Source: Eledone cirrhosa | Taxonomy: Eukaryota | Reading direction: 5' to 3' | DNA length: 64,000 nt | Assembly (NCBI GenBank): GCA_964016885.1 | Contig: OZ024741.1 | Coordinates: 357,492,001-357,556,000 of the forward strand | Shown here: positions 48,238-60,000 of the stretch, piece by piece | How positions within the stretch are numbered: the first letter of the stretch is position 1 | Layout of the letters: each line of letters begins with the position of its first letter | Made by a program: the position numbers and the translations under genes | Notes under the pieces: generated by a model | Seen by the model: the letters and a program-made list of their open reading frames with translations, nothing else | Databases searched by the model: none | What the model was told of the DNA's origin: nothing

Positions 48238-48590
48238 TACTTACACAACCACTGAACTATGTATAAGTAACGAGGGACCTTACACAACCACTGAACTATG
48301 TAGTAAGTATTTAGGGACCACTGGGCTATGTAGTAAGTAGCTAGGGACCTTTCACAACCACTGAACTATATAGCAAGCAACTCAGGACTTACACAACCAC
48401 TGAACTATGTAATAAGTAGCTCAGAGTCTTACACAACCACTGAACTATGTAGTAAGTAGCTAGGGATGTACACAACCGCTGAACTATGTAGTAAATAGCT
48501 AGGACCTTGCACAACCACTGAACTATGTAGTAGGTAACTAGGGATCCTACACACCCACTGAACTATGTTGTAAGAAGCTGTAGACTTTAC
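48238..48590. repeat. ~39-bp minisatellite, about 9 copies (cttacacaaccactgaactatgtagtaagtagctaggga)
   Basis: Repeated caaccactgaactatg anchor. Confidence 0.9.
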
Positions 48591-48871
48591 TCACCCAACA
48601 TTTTATGTCTTCTGAGAAGAATATTTAGCTTCTATTTCTCTATGGTAAAACAAAAAGTAAGTTTGACTGGAACTTAAGAAAAATAACAACGGCAAAAATA
48701 AGTGTGTGCATTCCAATGTAGATGGCCACAGTAATAGTTGATCACTTCAAATAGTAGTTGAGAAAATTGTGTAAATTACTCCTAGAGAAAAAACTGGACA
48801 GAGGCAACTACTATTATGGTCATTTGTGTTGGATACACACATTTCAAATTTTAAATTTTCCCTGTTGAAAA

Positions 48872-49285
48872 TAATGGTTTCTACTATAGGCACAAGGCCA
48901 GCAATTTCTGGGGAAGGGAAAGTCAATAAATCAACCCCAGTGAATTACTGGTACTTTATTTTATCGAGCCCTTAAGGATGAAAGGTAAAGCTAACCTCAG
49001 CAGGATTTGAATTCAGAACATAAAGGGCCTATGCTGCAAAGCAGGGTGTCTGATGCTCTACCAATACTGCCAATCCACTGCATTTAAAATAATAATAATG
49101 ATATTGATTTCTTATTTTGAAACAGAACCAGCAATTTGGGAGCTTAGGGAGAAGTTGACATCAATGCCAGTACTTGAATGGAACTTTATTGTATTGACCC
49201 ATGAAAGATGAAAGGCAAAGTTGATTTCCACAGGATTTGGACTCAGAGGGTAAAGAGCTAATAATTCTGCCAATCTACTACCATT
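48872..49285 (-). mobile_element. Two adjacent family A-related SINE copies
   Basis: The reverse-complement core gatgaaagg(c/t)aaag occurs at ~48977 and ~49207. Confidence 0.7.
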
Positions 49286-49287
49286 TC

Positions 49288-49336
<49 letters not shown>

Positions 49337-49979
49337 GCAGTAACAACAACTATGTCAACATCAACAATAACCTAAAGTGTTGTTTGTTTACAAAATATTG
49401 ATGTTTGCATAAAGGATTATGTTTTACTTTAACAACAATGATGGGAACATACCAGGAAACAAGTTGGAGTTGGATGAAAAAAAGCTCATATTGCAACCTT
49501 TTTATTAAATATTTTGGAAAATATTAGAACAAAAATAAAATAAAATAAAATTTACAGCATTGAGTTTGAAGTGTTTTGGGAGCTGGGTTATATGAATCAA
49601 AATAAAATAAAGGTTTTCTCTCTAAACTTCAAGATATGAGACTACTGGATATTAAATTTATATTAGTGTGATAGATCTTCCATCGGTTTCAATGATGAGC
49701 ATTTAGTTGTTCAATCAACTGAATGTCTGACTCATAAAGTGTGGAAGGTGTATGTAAGACGGTGATTAGAGGGGTGCTTAGCTGGTGAACGGTGGAGTGT
49801 TAAGATGTGGGAGGTGTATGGAAGGGTGAGAAGGAGACATTGTGTGTACTAGTGGCTGCTAGAGGTTTGCTTCATCTTGTGCACATGGGAAGGCAGATCT
49901 TCTGCATAATGGCAGAGAACTCGATTATGTGCCAATGCCTTTGAGAAGTGATATTATGTGAGGTTAGCTTTTATACTTC

Positions 49980-50150
49980 ATCCCAAGCTTTCCTAGATCT
50001 TCTTCTTCCATAACTTCCATCAACTTTGAGCACCCTGCACCTTTTTATACAGCTGTCATCTACCGTATGCATCACATATCCATACCACCACAATCTCCTC
50101 TCCTGCACATTGCATCTGGCCCCTCTTATATCCAGTTTCATTTATGCTTT
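49980..50150 (-). mobile_element. RTE 3' fragment
   Basis: Minus strand encodes RGQMQ..RRLWWYGYVM..DDSCIKRCR..GRRRSRKAWDE. Confidence 0.65.
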
Positions 50151-50934
50151 GATGTTACTGTTAAGCATCAAATGTGTGACAAAACTGGACCAGACCTTTG
50201 AATTACAGATACAGTCCTTCAGATATGCTTCTACACAGTTTATGTCTACATAATTTCACTCAGAAGGCTTGTGTTGATTTGTGGCTACAGCAAATGACAC
50301 TTGCTCAAGATGTCATGCAGTGGGATTGATCACAAGACTTCATGATTGCAAAGTAAACCTCTTAACCACTCATCCATATATTACTGTACAGACCACACAT
50401 CTGCATCCATATATTACTGTATTAAATTTATGGAATTGAGATCGGCCATCCCATTATTTTGAAAACAAAACACTGAGCTGTTTACCATTATTAAACTACT
50501 ACAAATAGGAAGCAGGAAATACTTAGTTCTATATGCAACAAGAATGAAAAAGAAAAAAGAATTTTAAGTAAAACATAACAAACATATTGTTAGATATAAG
50601 GAAGAGGGGGAAGGACTACTTTGTTGATAGCTCTAGATTTTGGGATGAAGTTTAACATACAATTACAAAGCTTTGGAGTTTGGGCTGAAGTTCAAGTAAT
50701 GACATCTTCCATTTTTAGATTAATAATTTTTCCTACATATAAAGTCCATTACTTTTCATTCGTTTTATGAATGTGTGTAGAAACATCTTATTCCCCGTTT
50801 TAAACTGAAGTCTGGTGAATTTGTATTTCAGCAGAACAAATGTTGGATGTAGTCCAGGCATTCATATACAACGATGTATCAGAGACCAGAGGCCAGATAG
50901 TGCAGTGGAAACATCATTATTGTCATTGTCGTCG

Positions 50935-51405
50935 TGGGTTGGCAGTATTGGACATCATGCTTTGAAGCATAGAGTTACCTCCCTTTATGATCTGAGTTCA
51001 AATCACGCCAAGGTTAACTTTGCCTTACACCGTTACGGGGTCGATAAAATAAAGTACCAGTAATGCACTGTGATAATTGCTGGCCTTGTGCCAAAATTAT
51101 AAACAATTATTGTCATTGTCATCATCATCATCATCATCATCATCTTCATCATTAAGATCATCATCGTCATCAGCAATATTGTCATCATCATCCTCATCAT
51201 TGGCATCATCGTCATCATCAACATCATCATTGTCGTTGTCAATGTCCTCATCATCATCATTGTCATCAACATCATCTTCATCATCATCATCATCATCGTC
51301 ACCATCGTCATCATCATCATTGTCATCATTTTCATCATCATCGTTGTCTTCATTGTTGTCACCATTTTCGTCATCATCTTTCTCATCATCATCGTCACCA
51401 CCATT
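50935..51405 (+). mobile_element. SINE family A followed by an (ATC)n microsatellite
   Basis: Family A core at 50935-51110, then a degenerate atc array. Confidence 0.8.
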
Positions 51406-51610
51406 ATTTTTATGGCTGCTTTTTTCATATTTGTATGGGTCAGGACAAGGTTTTTTTAGGCAAGTTTCTGTGACCAAATGCACTTCCTGCTGCCAAACCC
51501 ATACTTTATATATGGAATATATATATCATAAATTCCTATTTGTACATATAGTACAGATTTTTAACTGAAGCTCTGAGAATTGTGTATATAAACATATCTT
51601 ATTTACATGC

Positions 51611-51839
51611 TTAACCCTTTAGCATTTAAACCAGCCGTATCTGGCCAGAACTCTCTCACCTCTTTCTTTTTAAACCAACTGTAATTGACCACTCATACTT
51701 ATGTTAAAGTAATGTTCTCAAAATAAATAACATCAAAATCTAATAGATTCGATAATATGTGAGATAATTATGTGAGATAAGGCCTTTACCATGAAAATAT
51801 AATAATATATATAGAGTAATGTAAATGCTAAAGGGTTAA
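51611..51839. mobile_element. piggyBac-type MITE (family 1)
   Basis: TTAA-CCCTTTAGCATTTA...TAAATGCTAAAGGG-TTAA. Confidence 0.9.
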
Positions 51840-52269
51840 AGATGATCTGCTTAGTTCACAATGCCATGTCTGATGGCCTTTGGTTGTATATTTCTTCATG
51901 GGTTGTGAAAGATGTATACAGTTTCTACAGACGATCTCAATAAAGCTGGTCGTCTTTTAATCCATTTATATCTCAGAGTTGTCTTGCCTTTTTTGTGGGG
52001 AAGGAGGTGGTCATTAAGATAATGATTTTATTCCCTCCATTAAGAGCATAATTTTAATTAATTAAACTTTCTTCCCATTAACTATGTGATTGCTCATTTT
52101 ACCATATGAAAGATTTATAGAGTATGTAGCACTGGTGCTATGCACTCATTATCGTCATCTTTTCCATCTGCCTTTCTATACATGCATGGGTTGAACAGAC
52201 ATCCTTCAGTACAGTTTCTCTCCACTTATTACATTCCTTCATTACCCCCCCCCCCCCCCCCTATGAGGT

Positions 52270-52930
52270 TCAGCATTCTAAGATCAGGTTCGACTACTTC
52301 TGCCCAGATTATACTTGAACTTCCTCATCTGCAGCTGCCTTATGCTTGGAGCTCCTAACATTTCTACACTGGATGATCATCATCTAGATGCATCATGTGT
52401 TCTTACTAATGCAATCGTCTCTCTTGCAAATTATATTTGGATCCTCTTAACCCTTTAGCAATTACATTACTCTGTATTTGCTATTGTATTTTCATTGTAA
52501 AGGCTTTATCTCATAATTATCCCACATAATATCGAAGCCATGAGATTTTGATGTTATTTATTTTGAGAACAATACCTTAACATCGGTTTGAGTGGCAGGT
52601 TACAACCAGTTTGAACAGAAAGAGCTGAGAGAATTCTGGCCAGTTACAGTCAGTTTAAATGCTATAGGGTTATACCAAGTTTTTCTCTCAACTCATTTGT
52701 GCTTCATCATTCAGGCACATCAGCATTACACATCCATCAGAACATGCTATCTTCATTTCTTTCCAACCTTTGCACATCTTCTGCATTCAATGTCCATGTC
52801 TCACTGCTATGCGGCATTGCACGTCATAAACATGCATCATATAATCTACCCTTTACTTGGAAAATAAATCCCTTTGTTGCCAGTAGGGGTGGTAGTGGCC
52901 TAAACTTTTTTCCATCCTTTCCTATTCTGG
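52270..52930 (-). mobile_element. RTE 3' fragment interrupted by a MITE
   Basis: Joining across 52447-52673 restores the RTE segment ELREN(L)GIRG. The upstream part resembles 300-560. Confidence 0.65.
52447..52673. mobile_element. piggyBac-type MITE (family 1)
   Basis: TTAA-CCCTTTAGCA...TGCTATAGGG-TTAT. Confidence 0.85.
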
Positions 52931-53029
52931 CTATTATACTGTGCTGTCATCATCACCATTAACATCATTTTATGTCTGCTTTTTTATGCTGGCATGAGTT
53001 GGACAGGTTGTTATGGACCAAGTCAGTCA

Positions 53030-53258
53030 ACAATTTTACAGAATGTACTGGGTGCATTTTACCATGGCACTAGCACTAGGGAGGTTATCATGCTGTTAAT
53101 AACACCAACTACTTTACAGAATGTACTGGGTGCATTTTACTATGGCCCCAGCACAAGGGAGGTTATCATGCTCTTAATAACACCAACTACTTTACAGAAT
53201 GTACTAGGTGCATTTTACCATGGCCCCAGCACAAGGGAGGTTATCATGCCCTTGACAT
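53030..53258. repeat. 75-bp tandem repeat x3
   Basis: tttacagaatgtactgggtgcatttta...gggaggttatcatg occurs three times. Confidence 0.9.
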
Positions 53259-53763
53259 GACCAAAGAGTCTTCTAAACCTTGCTTTGTTTAACATTCAGT
53301 ATTTCAGCTTATTTCACTCTAACACCAGTCTGGTGACTCCTCTCACAGAGTTACAGGAAAATTCAATTAATCGATCAAACAAGGAATTGATCAGTCAATC
53401 AATGAATGAATCAATCAATGAAGATATTAACATTAAGCTATGATACCATTTGCTGAGAGATATTGATTTTTTTTTTTTAAAGATCTATTTTCTGACAACA
53501 GTCTATTCTGAAAGACAGAGAAGACCGTGGGGAGTGTGAAGAATTATGTCTGGATTTCAAGTGTTTGAGTTTATAAAGAAAATATATTGAGAGTGGAAAA
53601 GGAAGCTTGTCTAATTGCATCACCAAATGAAAGTAGAGTCTGTTCTGTAGGAATTGGTTAATACGCATGCTTTTAAGGATAGATGTGGACATTTTAACAT
53701 ACATAAGTTATTAGTACTTAATCAAGTACTCTTTCTTTGCACTTAAAGGTCATTGTTTGTTTG

Positions 53764-53764
<1 letters not shown>

Positions 53765-53838
<74 letters not shown>

Positions 53839-54315
53839 TGTGTGTATGAATGTGTGTGTGTATGAATATGTGTGTGTGTGTGAATATGTGAGTGTATGAA
53901 TGTGTGTGTGTATGTATTAATCTATGTATGTATGAATGTGTGTGTATGAATGTATGTGTATGCATGAATGTGTGTGCTTGAATGTAAATCTGTGTATGTC
54001 CAATTGTGTGTGCGAATGCAAATGTGTGTCGATATATGAGTATAAATGTGAATGTGTATATGAGTGTGTTTGTGTGTCTGTGTGTGTGAATGTATGTGTC
54101 AATATATGTGTGTAAATGTGAATATGTTTGTGAATGTGTGTGTCAATATATATGTGTAAATGTGTGTGTGAGTGTGTGTTGTGTGTGTGTGTGTGTGTGT
54201 GTGTGTCAATATATGTGTGTAAATGTGAATATGTACGTGAATGTGTGTGTATGTGTGTGAATGTGTGTGTCAATATATGTGTAAATGTGTGTGAGTGTGT
54301 GTTGTGTGTGTGTGT
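53765..54315. repeat. (TG)n and degenerate TG-rich array
   Basis: Directly visible. Confidence 0.9.
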
Positions 54316-54699
54316 GAAAAAGAGTGAGAATTTCCTTATCAGAGAGGGAGACACTAATCAATTGTTTTAAATAAAAGTAGACTCTTAAATGAAGAGGATA
54401 ATAGTGTATTTTACTAAAAAAAAAAAACAGGGATGGTGTAGCATTGTTGAATAATCACATCATCATCATTATCCTATTACACTTGCTTTTCCATACTTAC
54501 ATAGGTTGGATAGGTCTTTTTCTGTACAGCATTCTTCTACATATTGTGTTTCTTTGTCATCTCTGTGAGATTCAATATTCTGAGATCAGTTCTCATCCCC
54601 TCTGCTCAGGTGCCATATGTATAGCTTGCCATATATATATGATGAGTTATGGTCCACCTGGTTCCTTGCCTCACTTCCTTCATTATATATATATATATA

Positions 54700-54966
54700 T
54701 TTCGTTTCTGAATTTGTTTAGCAAGATTCTTTATCTGAAAACGTGTGTTGAAACCGATATTGTTATGCTTTGGGAGGGTCATGTTGCCAATAAGAATGTG
54801 TGACGAAAGAACTTTGACAATATATGAACAATCGTCTGGTTGTGGAACCAACCAACCAACCAGAAATTTATAAATTCTTAAATTCATAAATTTAATTTAT
54901 AATAAATTGAAGTGAAAGCAACTGGTGCGTGTGTTTCTTATTGGCAACATGACCCTCCCAAAGCAT

Positions 54967-54973
<7 letters not shown>
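54700..54973. mobile_element. TA-flanked element with a perfect ~40-bp inverted repeat (Penelope-like remnant?)
   Basis: atattgttatgctttgggagggtcatgttgccaataagaa (54757-54796) and its reverse complement (54934-54973). Confidence 0.5.
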
Positions 54974-55007
<34 letters not shown>

Positions 55008-56086
55008 CACTCACGAGCACACATTTATACCATGTTTTATTAGAAATAAATATTAAAAGTTCAATCGATAAACTTACTGATGGCTAACTTTGGAGTGGAC
55101 AGTTGTTTTAGCAGGATATAAAAAAATTGAAAACTTGCATAACTATATAGGTGTAAGTGTGGGCATGGCTGTGTAGTTAAGAAGTTCCCTTCATAACCAC
55201 ATGGTTTCAAGTTCAGTTCTACTGTGTGCAATCTTTGAAAAATTTAGAGAATTTAGTAGACAGAAAATGTAAAGAAACCTGCCATAGCTTTATTTTTTCT
55301 TTATTTTCTTTATAATTCCTTTTCCTGTTTATCCTTCCTCCATTGTACCTTTTCTTATATTTTTTTCTTAAATATTCATTATCAATGTATTATTTGTCTC
55401 TACTGGATTGACAGATACCAACTATGAGATTATCCAATTTTTACATTTGATACTTTAGATTTCGCCTGTCATTCCCGCTAAGAGGCCATTTTTTTCCAGT
55501 GAGGAGTCATAACAAATTAATATCCAATTCTGAACCCAATCCCTAATATGAATATACACTTTAGCCAGTTAGATATTATTTTTAGTATATTAACTGTTGT
55601 CTAATTTTCTGGACTTCTAACTTTTAACTTTAAAAATTTTTAAATTCTTGGATCTTCAGGTTGTGAAGTCTTAAATATTTTTTTTCCATGATATTAACCA
55701 TAGCATTAGGTAATATTCTCACTTTGGGGTTGATGGTCTGTATATTCTCCTGCCACAAACAGGTAGTGGGTACATATGCACTGGAATTCTGCTGGGCACC
55801 AAAGTTAGCAGTAAACAAATTTGGTTGAACTGAATTCCCACTGACCATATAGTGTTGTTGGCTGAGGTGGTGGGGGACTGGTAGCTAGAGAGAACAACTA
55901 AGGTTAGTAGTATTCTGGGTGGTAGTTGAGTGGTCAGCCTCCTACACCTCTGCGTCTGCACAGAGCTGTCGAGAGGTTCTGAAAATTAGAAGGGAGTGGA
56001 CACCCAAAGCAAAAACATACATTTTTTTAGTCCGTTCCCTTCCACCCAAAATTGCCTCGGAAATGTTACCTTTTAATCAATTTTTG

Positions 56087-56135
56087 CTGTCTGAAGAAAT
56101 CACGATATCTATCGCCATGGAAATATGTATAACGG
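56087..56135 (+). ncRNA. Degenerate hammerhead in a Penelope-like pLTR fragment
   Basis: ctgt CTGAAGA aatca-cgata-tc-tatcg-ccatg GAAA tatgta TA acgg, followed by AATAAA and (TA)n. Confidence 0.5.
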
Positions 56136-56504
56136 TTCAATTAATAAAGGACTCTAACAGCTACAACTTTGCATTTTCCTCTTTATATATATATATATAT
56201 ATGTATATATAAACACACACATGTAGGAGTCATGACAAAAAGCACCCTGTCCACACTGTAAAGTGGTCATTTATGTGTCACGACAAAAAGCACCCAGTAC
56301 TCACTGTAAATGAGTTTGCCGTTAGGAAGGGCATCCAACTGTAGAAACCAAGCCAAAATCAGTTCTGTATGAGCAAGACATGATCTTGCACCTGACCTAG
56401 CATTGCCCACAACAGGATAACTCGTTTAACCCATGCGAGCGTGGAAAAATGAACATAAAATGATGATGATGATGATGATGACATATATACACACACATTT
56501 ATAT

Positions 56505-56830
56505 CATCATCATCATCATTTTACGTTCGCTTTTCCCTGCTTGCAAGGGTGAGATGGGTCCTATTCAGCACAGTATCTCTCCATTCGCCACAGTCCTTCG
56601 TCATCTCCTCTGTGAGCTTCTACGATCTTAGGTCAACTCTCACCACCTCTGCCGTTGATTTTTGTGGTCTTCCTCTACTGCGTTTTCCTTCTACTGGGAT
56701 TTCTTGGCACTTCTTTACCCAGTAGTCATCCTCCATGCGCATCACATGTCCATACCAATGCAGTCTTCTCTCCCGCACACTACAGCTTCTCCCTCTTATA
56801 CACAGTTTCTCTCTCAACGTGTCCATGCTT
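56505..56830 (-). mobile_element. RTE 3' fragment with (gat)n tail
   Basis: LREKLCIRG..RERRLHWYGHVMRMEDDYWVKKC..GKRSRGRP. Confidence 0.85.
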
Positions 56831-56887
56831 GTTCGTTCAAAGTTATATATAAATACATAGTAACTAAGCATGCTTTTTCATAGTTTC

Positions 56888-57062
56888 ATAATTGTTTCTA
56901 CTTTAGGCACAAGGCCAGCAATTATCCAGTGCATTACTGGTACTTTATTTTATCGACCCCGTAAGGATGAAAGGCAAAGTCAACCTCGGCGGGATCTGAA
57001 CTCAGATCGTAAAGGACGTAACTATGCTGGAAAGCATGGCGTCCGACCCTCTACCGATACCC
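56888..57062 (-). mobile_element. tRNA-derived SINE, family A
   Basis: Reverse complement of 45853-46033. Confidence 0.85.
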
Positions 57063-57156
57063 GATGTTTAGTTGCCATATATTTTAGTAATATAAAGTGC
57101 CTCTGTTTATATATCAGGGCTCATGCTTTTCTAATTACAATTCACACTAAGATAAT

Positions 57157-57226
<70 letters not shown>

Positions 57227-57699
57227 ACTGTGCTAAAAAAAGTAAATTTGCCAATGTCATGTGATATGAAGATCAAAGTCATGAGATGTTCCAAATTGCA
57301 AGGCAGTATGTCAGTGTGAATCAGGATATTGTTGGGGAAAAGTGTGTTCAAAATGATACTGGTGCACTTATGCACTTAGCATCACTGATTCCCAAAAGAA
57401 AAGGGCCTGGAAATGTTACTGTGAGAGGTTAAAGAATGTGGAGAATGAATGGGAGGAAGGGAAACTACACCCAACATGTTAGTCGCTGCAAAAATATCTT
57501 ATCAACATAATTTATAAACACCCAGTGACATAGTTTATGTCCATCATAAACAATACACCCTGCAGCATAGTGATTTGAGGAACATTAAATGGTATATATG
57601 TCATACTTTAAAAAATACGATACAGACTGGTGTCAGGAACGACATATCTCTGTGTAATAGTTAATCAAACTCTGTCACAAGCCCAGTAGCTCATCAGAC

Positions 57700-58142
57700 T
57701 GGAATTCATCTCAGTTTCATTGGCATTAAGTGACTGAATGTACAGTCCATCACCATCACAACCCTTTGTTGATACTGGTACTCATTTCAGCTGAGTGAAC
57801 TGGAGCAACTTAACCCATTGTTATTTATATTACTCTATATTTACTATTATATTTTTGCAGTAAAGGCTTTATCTCACATAATTATCTCACATAATATTGA
57901 ATCTATGGGATTTTGATATTATTTATTCTGAGAACATTACCTTAACATCAGTATGAGTGGCCAGTTACAGCCAGTTTAAGCAGAAAGAGGTGAGAGAATT
58001 CTGGCTGAATATGGCCGGTTTAAATGCTAAAGGGTTAAAATGAAGTATGTTGCTCAAGAGTACAATGTGCCAACCAATCCAGGATTCAAAACCACAACCT
58101 TATGGTCATGAGCCCAACACCCTGATCACTAGCGGCCATGTG
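57700..58142 (-). mobile_element. SINE family B interrupted by a MITE
   Basis: ggtactcatttcagctgagt..ggagcaac | aatgaagtatgttgctcaag is collinear with 1437-1500. Confidence 0.7.
57810..58038. mobile_element. piggyBac-type MITE (family 1)
   Basis: TTAA-CCC...TAAATGCTAAAGGG-TTAA, with internal sequence matching the other copies. Confidence 0.85.
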
Positions 58143-58781
58143 CTTTTACCTTGCATGTCATAAGTGACTAAAATGGTTGACACTAGGAACGGTATCTGGC
58201 TGAAAAACTTTGACCTAAAAAAGAACTGAGTATAAAGCCTGTGATAGGGCCTGCAAGTCTAACAACCAACCCCTGCTTTAGCAAGGAAAATGGTCTGAGA
58301 TGGGATGGTCATGGCTGGAATGTGTTTGGAATATCTTCTCAAATTAGTATTTGATCCAGCACTCTGCACTCTAGGATCAAATCCTGCTGAGGTCAACTTT
58401 CTTTTTCATCCTTTTATTGTCAATAAATAATTTACTCATCCAATATGAGGATCAATTCCTCTTCTCACTAAGCCAATGTTAATCTGAATTTTAGTCCATA
58501 GACAAAGTGTACTTCTGTTGATAAATAAAGTACCAGTCCAGTATGAGGATCAGAAGATTTCCAAATACTGGGACTTGATCAACCATTTCCTTATCATGCT
58601 GGTTGCCATCAAGACCTCTGGAGTCTTTGGTCCCTGAACTGTTGTTTTCCTTTGCAAAATTAGAAAGAGTGTATCCCATCTGAGGAACATGCCCTGTGAG
58701 GTGGAGATATACTGTTCTAACTTGAGTGTAGAGTCTACTTCACCCTCAACCTTCCCTTTACTTTCATTATATAATTTTAAA

Positions 58782-58972
58782 GGGCGGTGGATTGGCAATA
58801 TCGGTAGAGGGTCGGACGCCATGCTTTGACGCATAGAGTTACAGCCCTTGCCATTCTGAGTTCAAATCCCGCCGAGGTTAACTTTGCCTTTCATCCTTAC
58901 GGGGTCGATAAAATAAAGTACCAGTAATACACTGGGTAATTGCTGGCCTTGTGCCAAAAGTAGAAACAATTA
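58782..58972 (+). mobile_element. tRNA-derived SINE, family A
   Basis: Full copy with an imperfect TSD attatataattt. Confidence 0.88.
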
Positions 58973-59379
58973 TATAATTTAAAAAAATTTTATTGCAAAC
59001 ATTATATAATTTAATTTAAAAAAATTTCTATTTAATTCACTCTAACTTGAATTTTATTCTCTAGAAAGAACAGACTTCCATGGCAGGTTGTCTTCAATTG
59101 ATGTTTATAAATTCACTCTAACTGGAAATTTAGCCCCTAAAAAATGTATACCTGTGTAGGCTCAGGATGGCTTCACTGGCAAGGCTAATTACCTGTGATC
59201 TTTAGATTGAGTTACATCACCCATCTCTACAGCCACGCAGCCAGACAGACAAAAGTGAAGAAAGTGGATGAGAAAGAAAATGAAAAAAAGCAGGGTGGGA
59301 GGCAATAAGGCAATAGTAGGGTGTAAAGAAGCCAAAATATCATACAGATGGCAATGGTGATGGTCTTGCTGTTTTGTTG

Positions 59380-59500
59380 ATGGTGGTGATGATGATGATG
59401 ATGATGATGAAGAAGAAGAAGAAGAAGAAGAAGAAGAAGAAGAAGAAGAAGAAGAAGAAGAAGAAGAAGAAGAAGAAGAAGAAGAAGAAGAAGAAGAAGA
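59380..59500. repeat. (GAT)n(GAA)n microsatellite
   Basis: Directly visible, with about 30 GAA units. Confidence 0.95.
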
Positions 59501-59811
59501 TTCAAGATAGACTACTGGTTTTCAGTATGGCTGCCATGATTACTCTGTAATAATAAAAAATAATATGAGAAAATGTAAAAGAAAAAAAGTCAATAGTTGT
59601 TGGAATAATTTAGAAAAAGTCCCTGTAAGGGCCAGCAGTATGTACTGTATTTAATAGTTTGTAGATAAAGAGCTAATGACACCTTAAATAGTCCTGAGAA
59701 GACTTATTAGCTGTCATTACACTCACTACTAGATGTCATTTATATATGGGACAGTTTAGAAATATAAAAAAAATGAAAAGAAGTAAAACATAAATGCTGA
59801 CCTGGCATTGT

Positions 59812-59831
59812 AGTGGTGGTGGTGGTGGTGG

Positions 59832-59862
<31 letters not shown>

Positions 59863-59933
59863 GGTGGTGGTGTTGGTGGTGGTGGTGGTGGTGGTGGTGG
59901 TGGTGTTGGTGTTGGTGTTGGTGGTGGTGGTGG

Positions 59934-59964
<31 letters not shown>

Positions 59965-60000
59965 GGTGGTGTTGGTGGTGTTGGTGGTGATGGTGGTGGT
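59812..60000. repeat. (GGT)/(GTT) compound microsatellite
   Basis: Directly visible. Confidence 0.95.

Noticed and set aside
48238-48590. CRISPR-like array
   Set aside because: The would-be spacers are homologous to each other, the context is eukaryotic and there are no cas genes.
51033-51568. Poly-D, poly-S and poly-M ORFs (and similar HT/IY-repeat ORFs elsewhere)
   Set aside because: Translations of ATC, CA and TA microsatellites.
54735-54765. Hammerhead at CTGAAAA...GAAACCGATA
   Set aside because: C3-A8 mismatch, with no consistent stems I and II.
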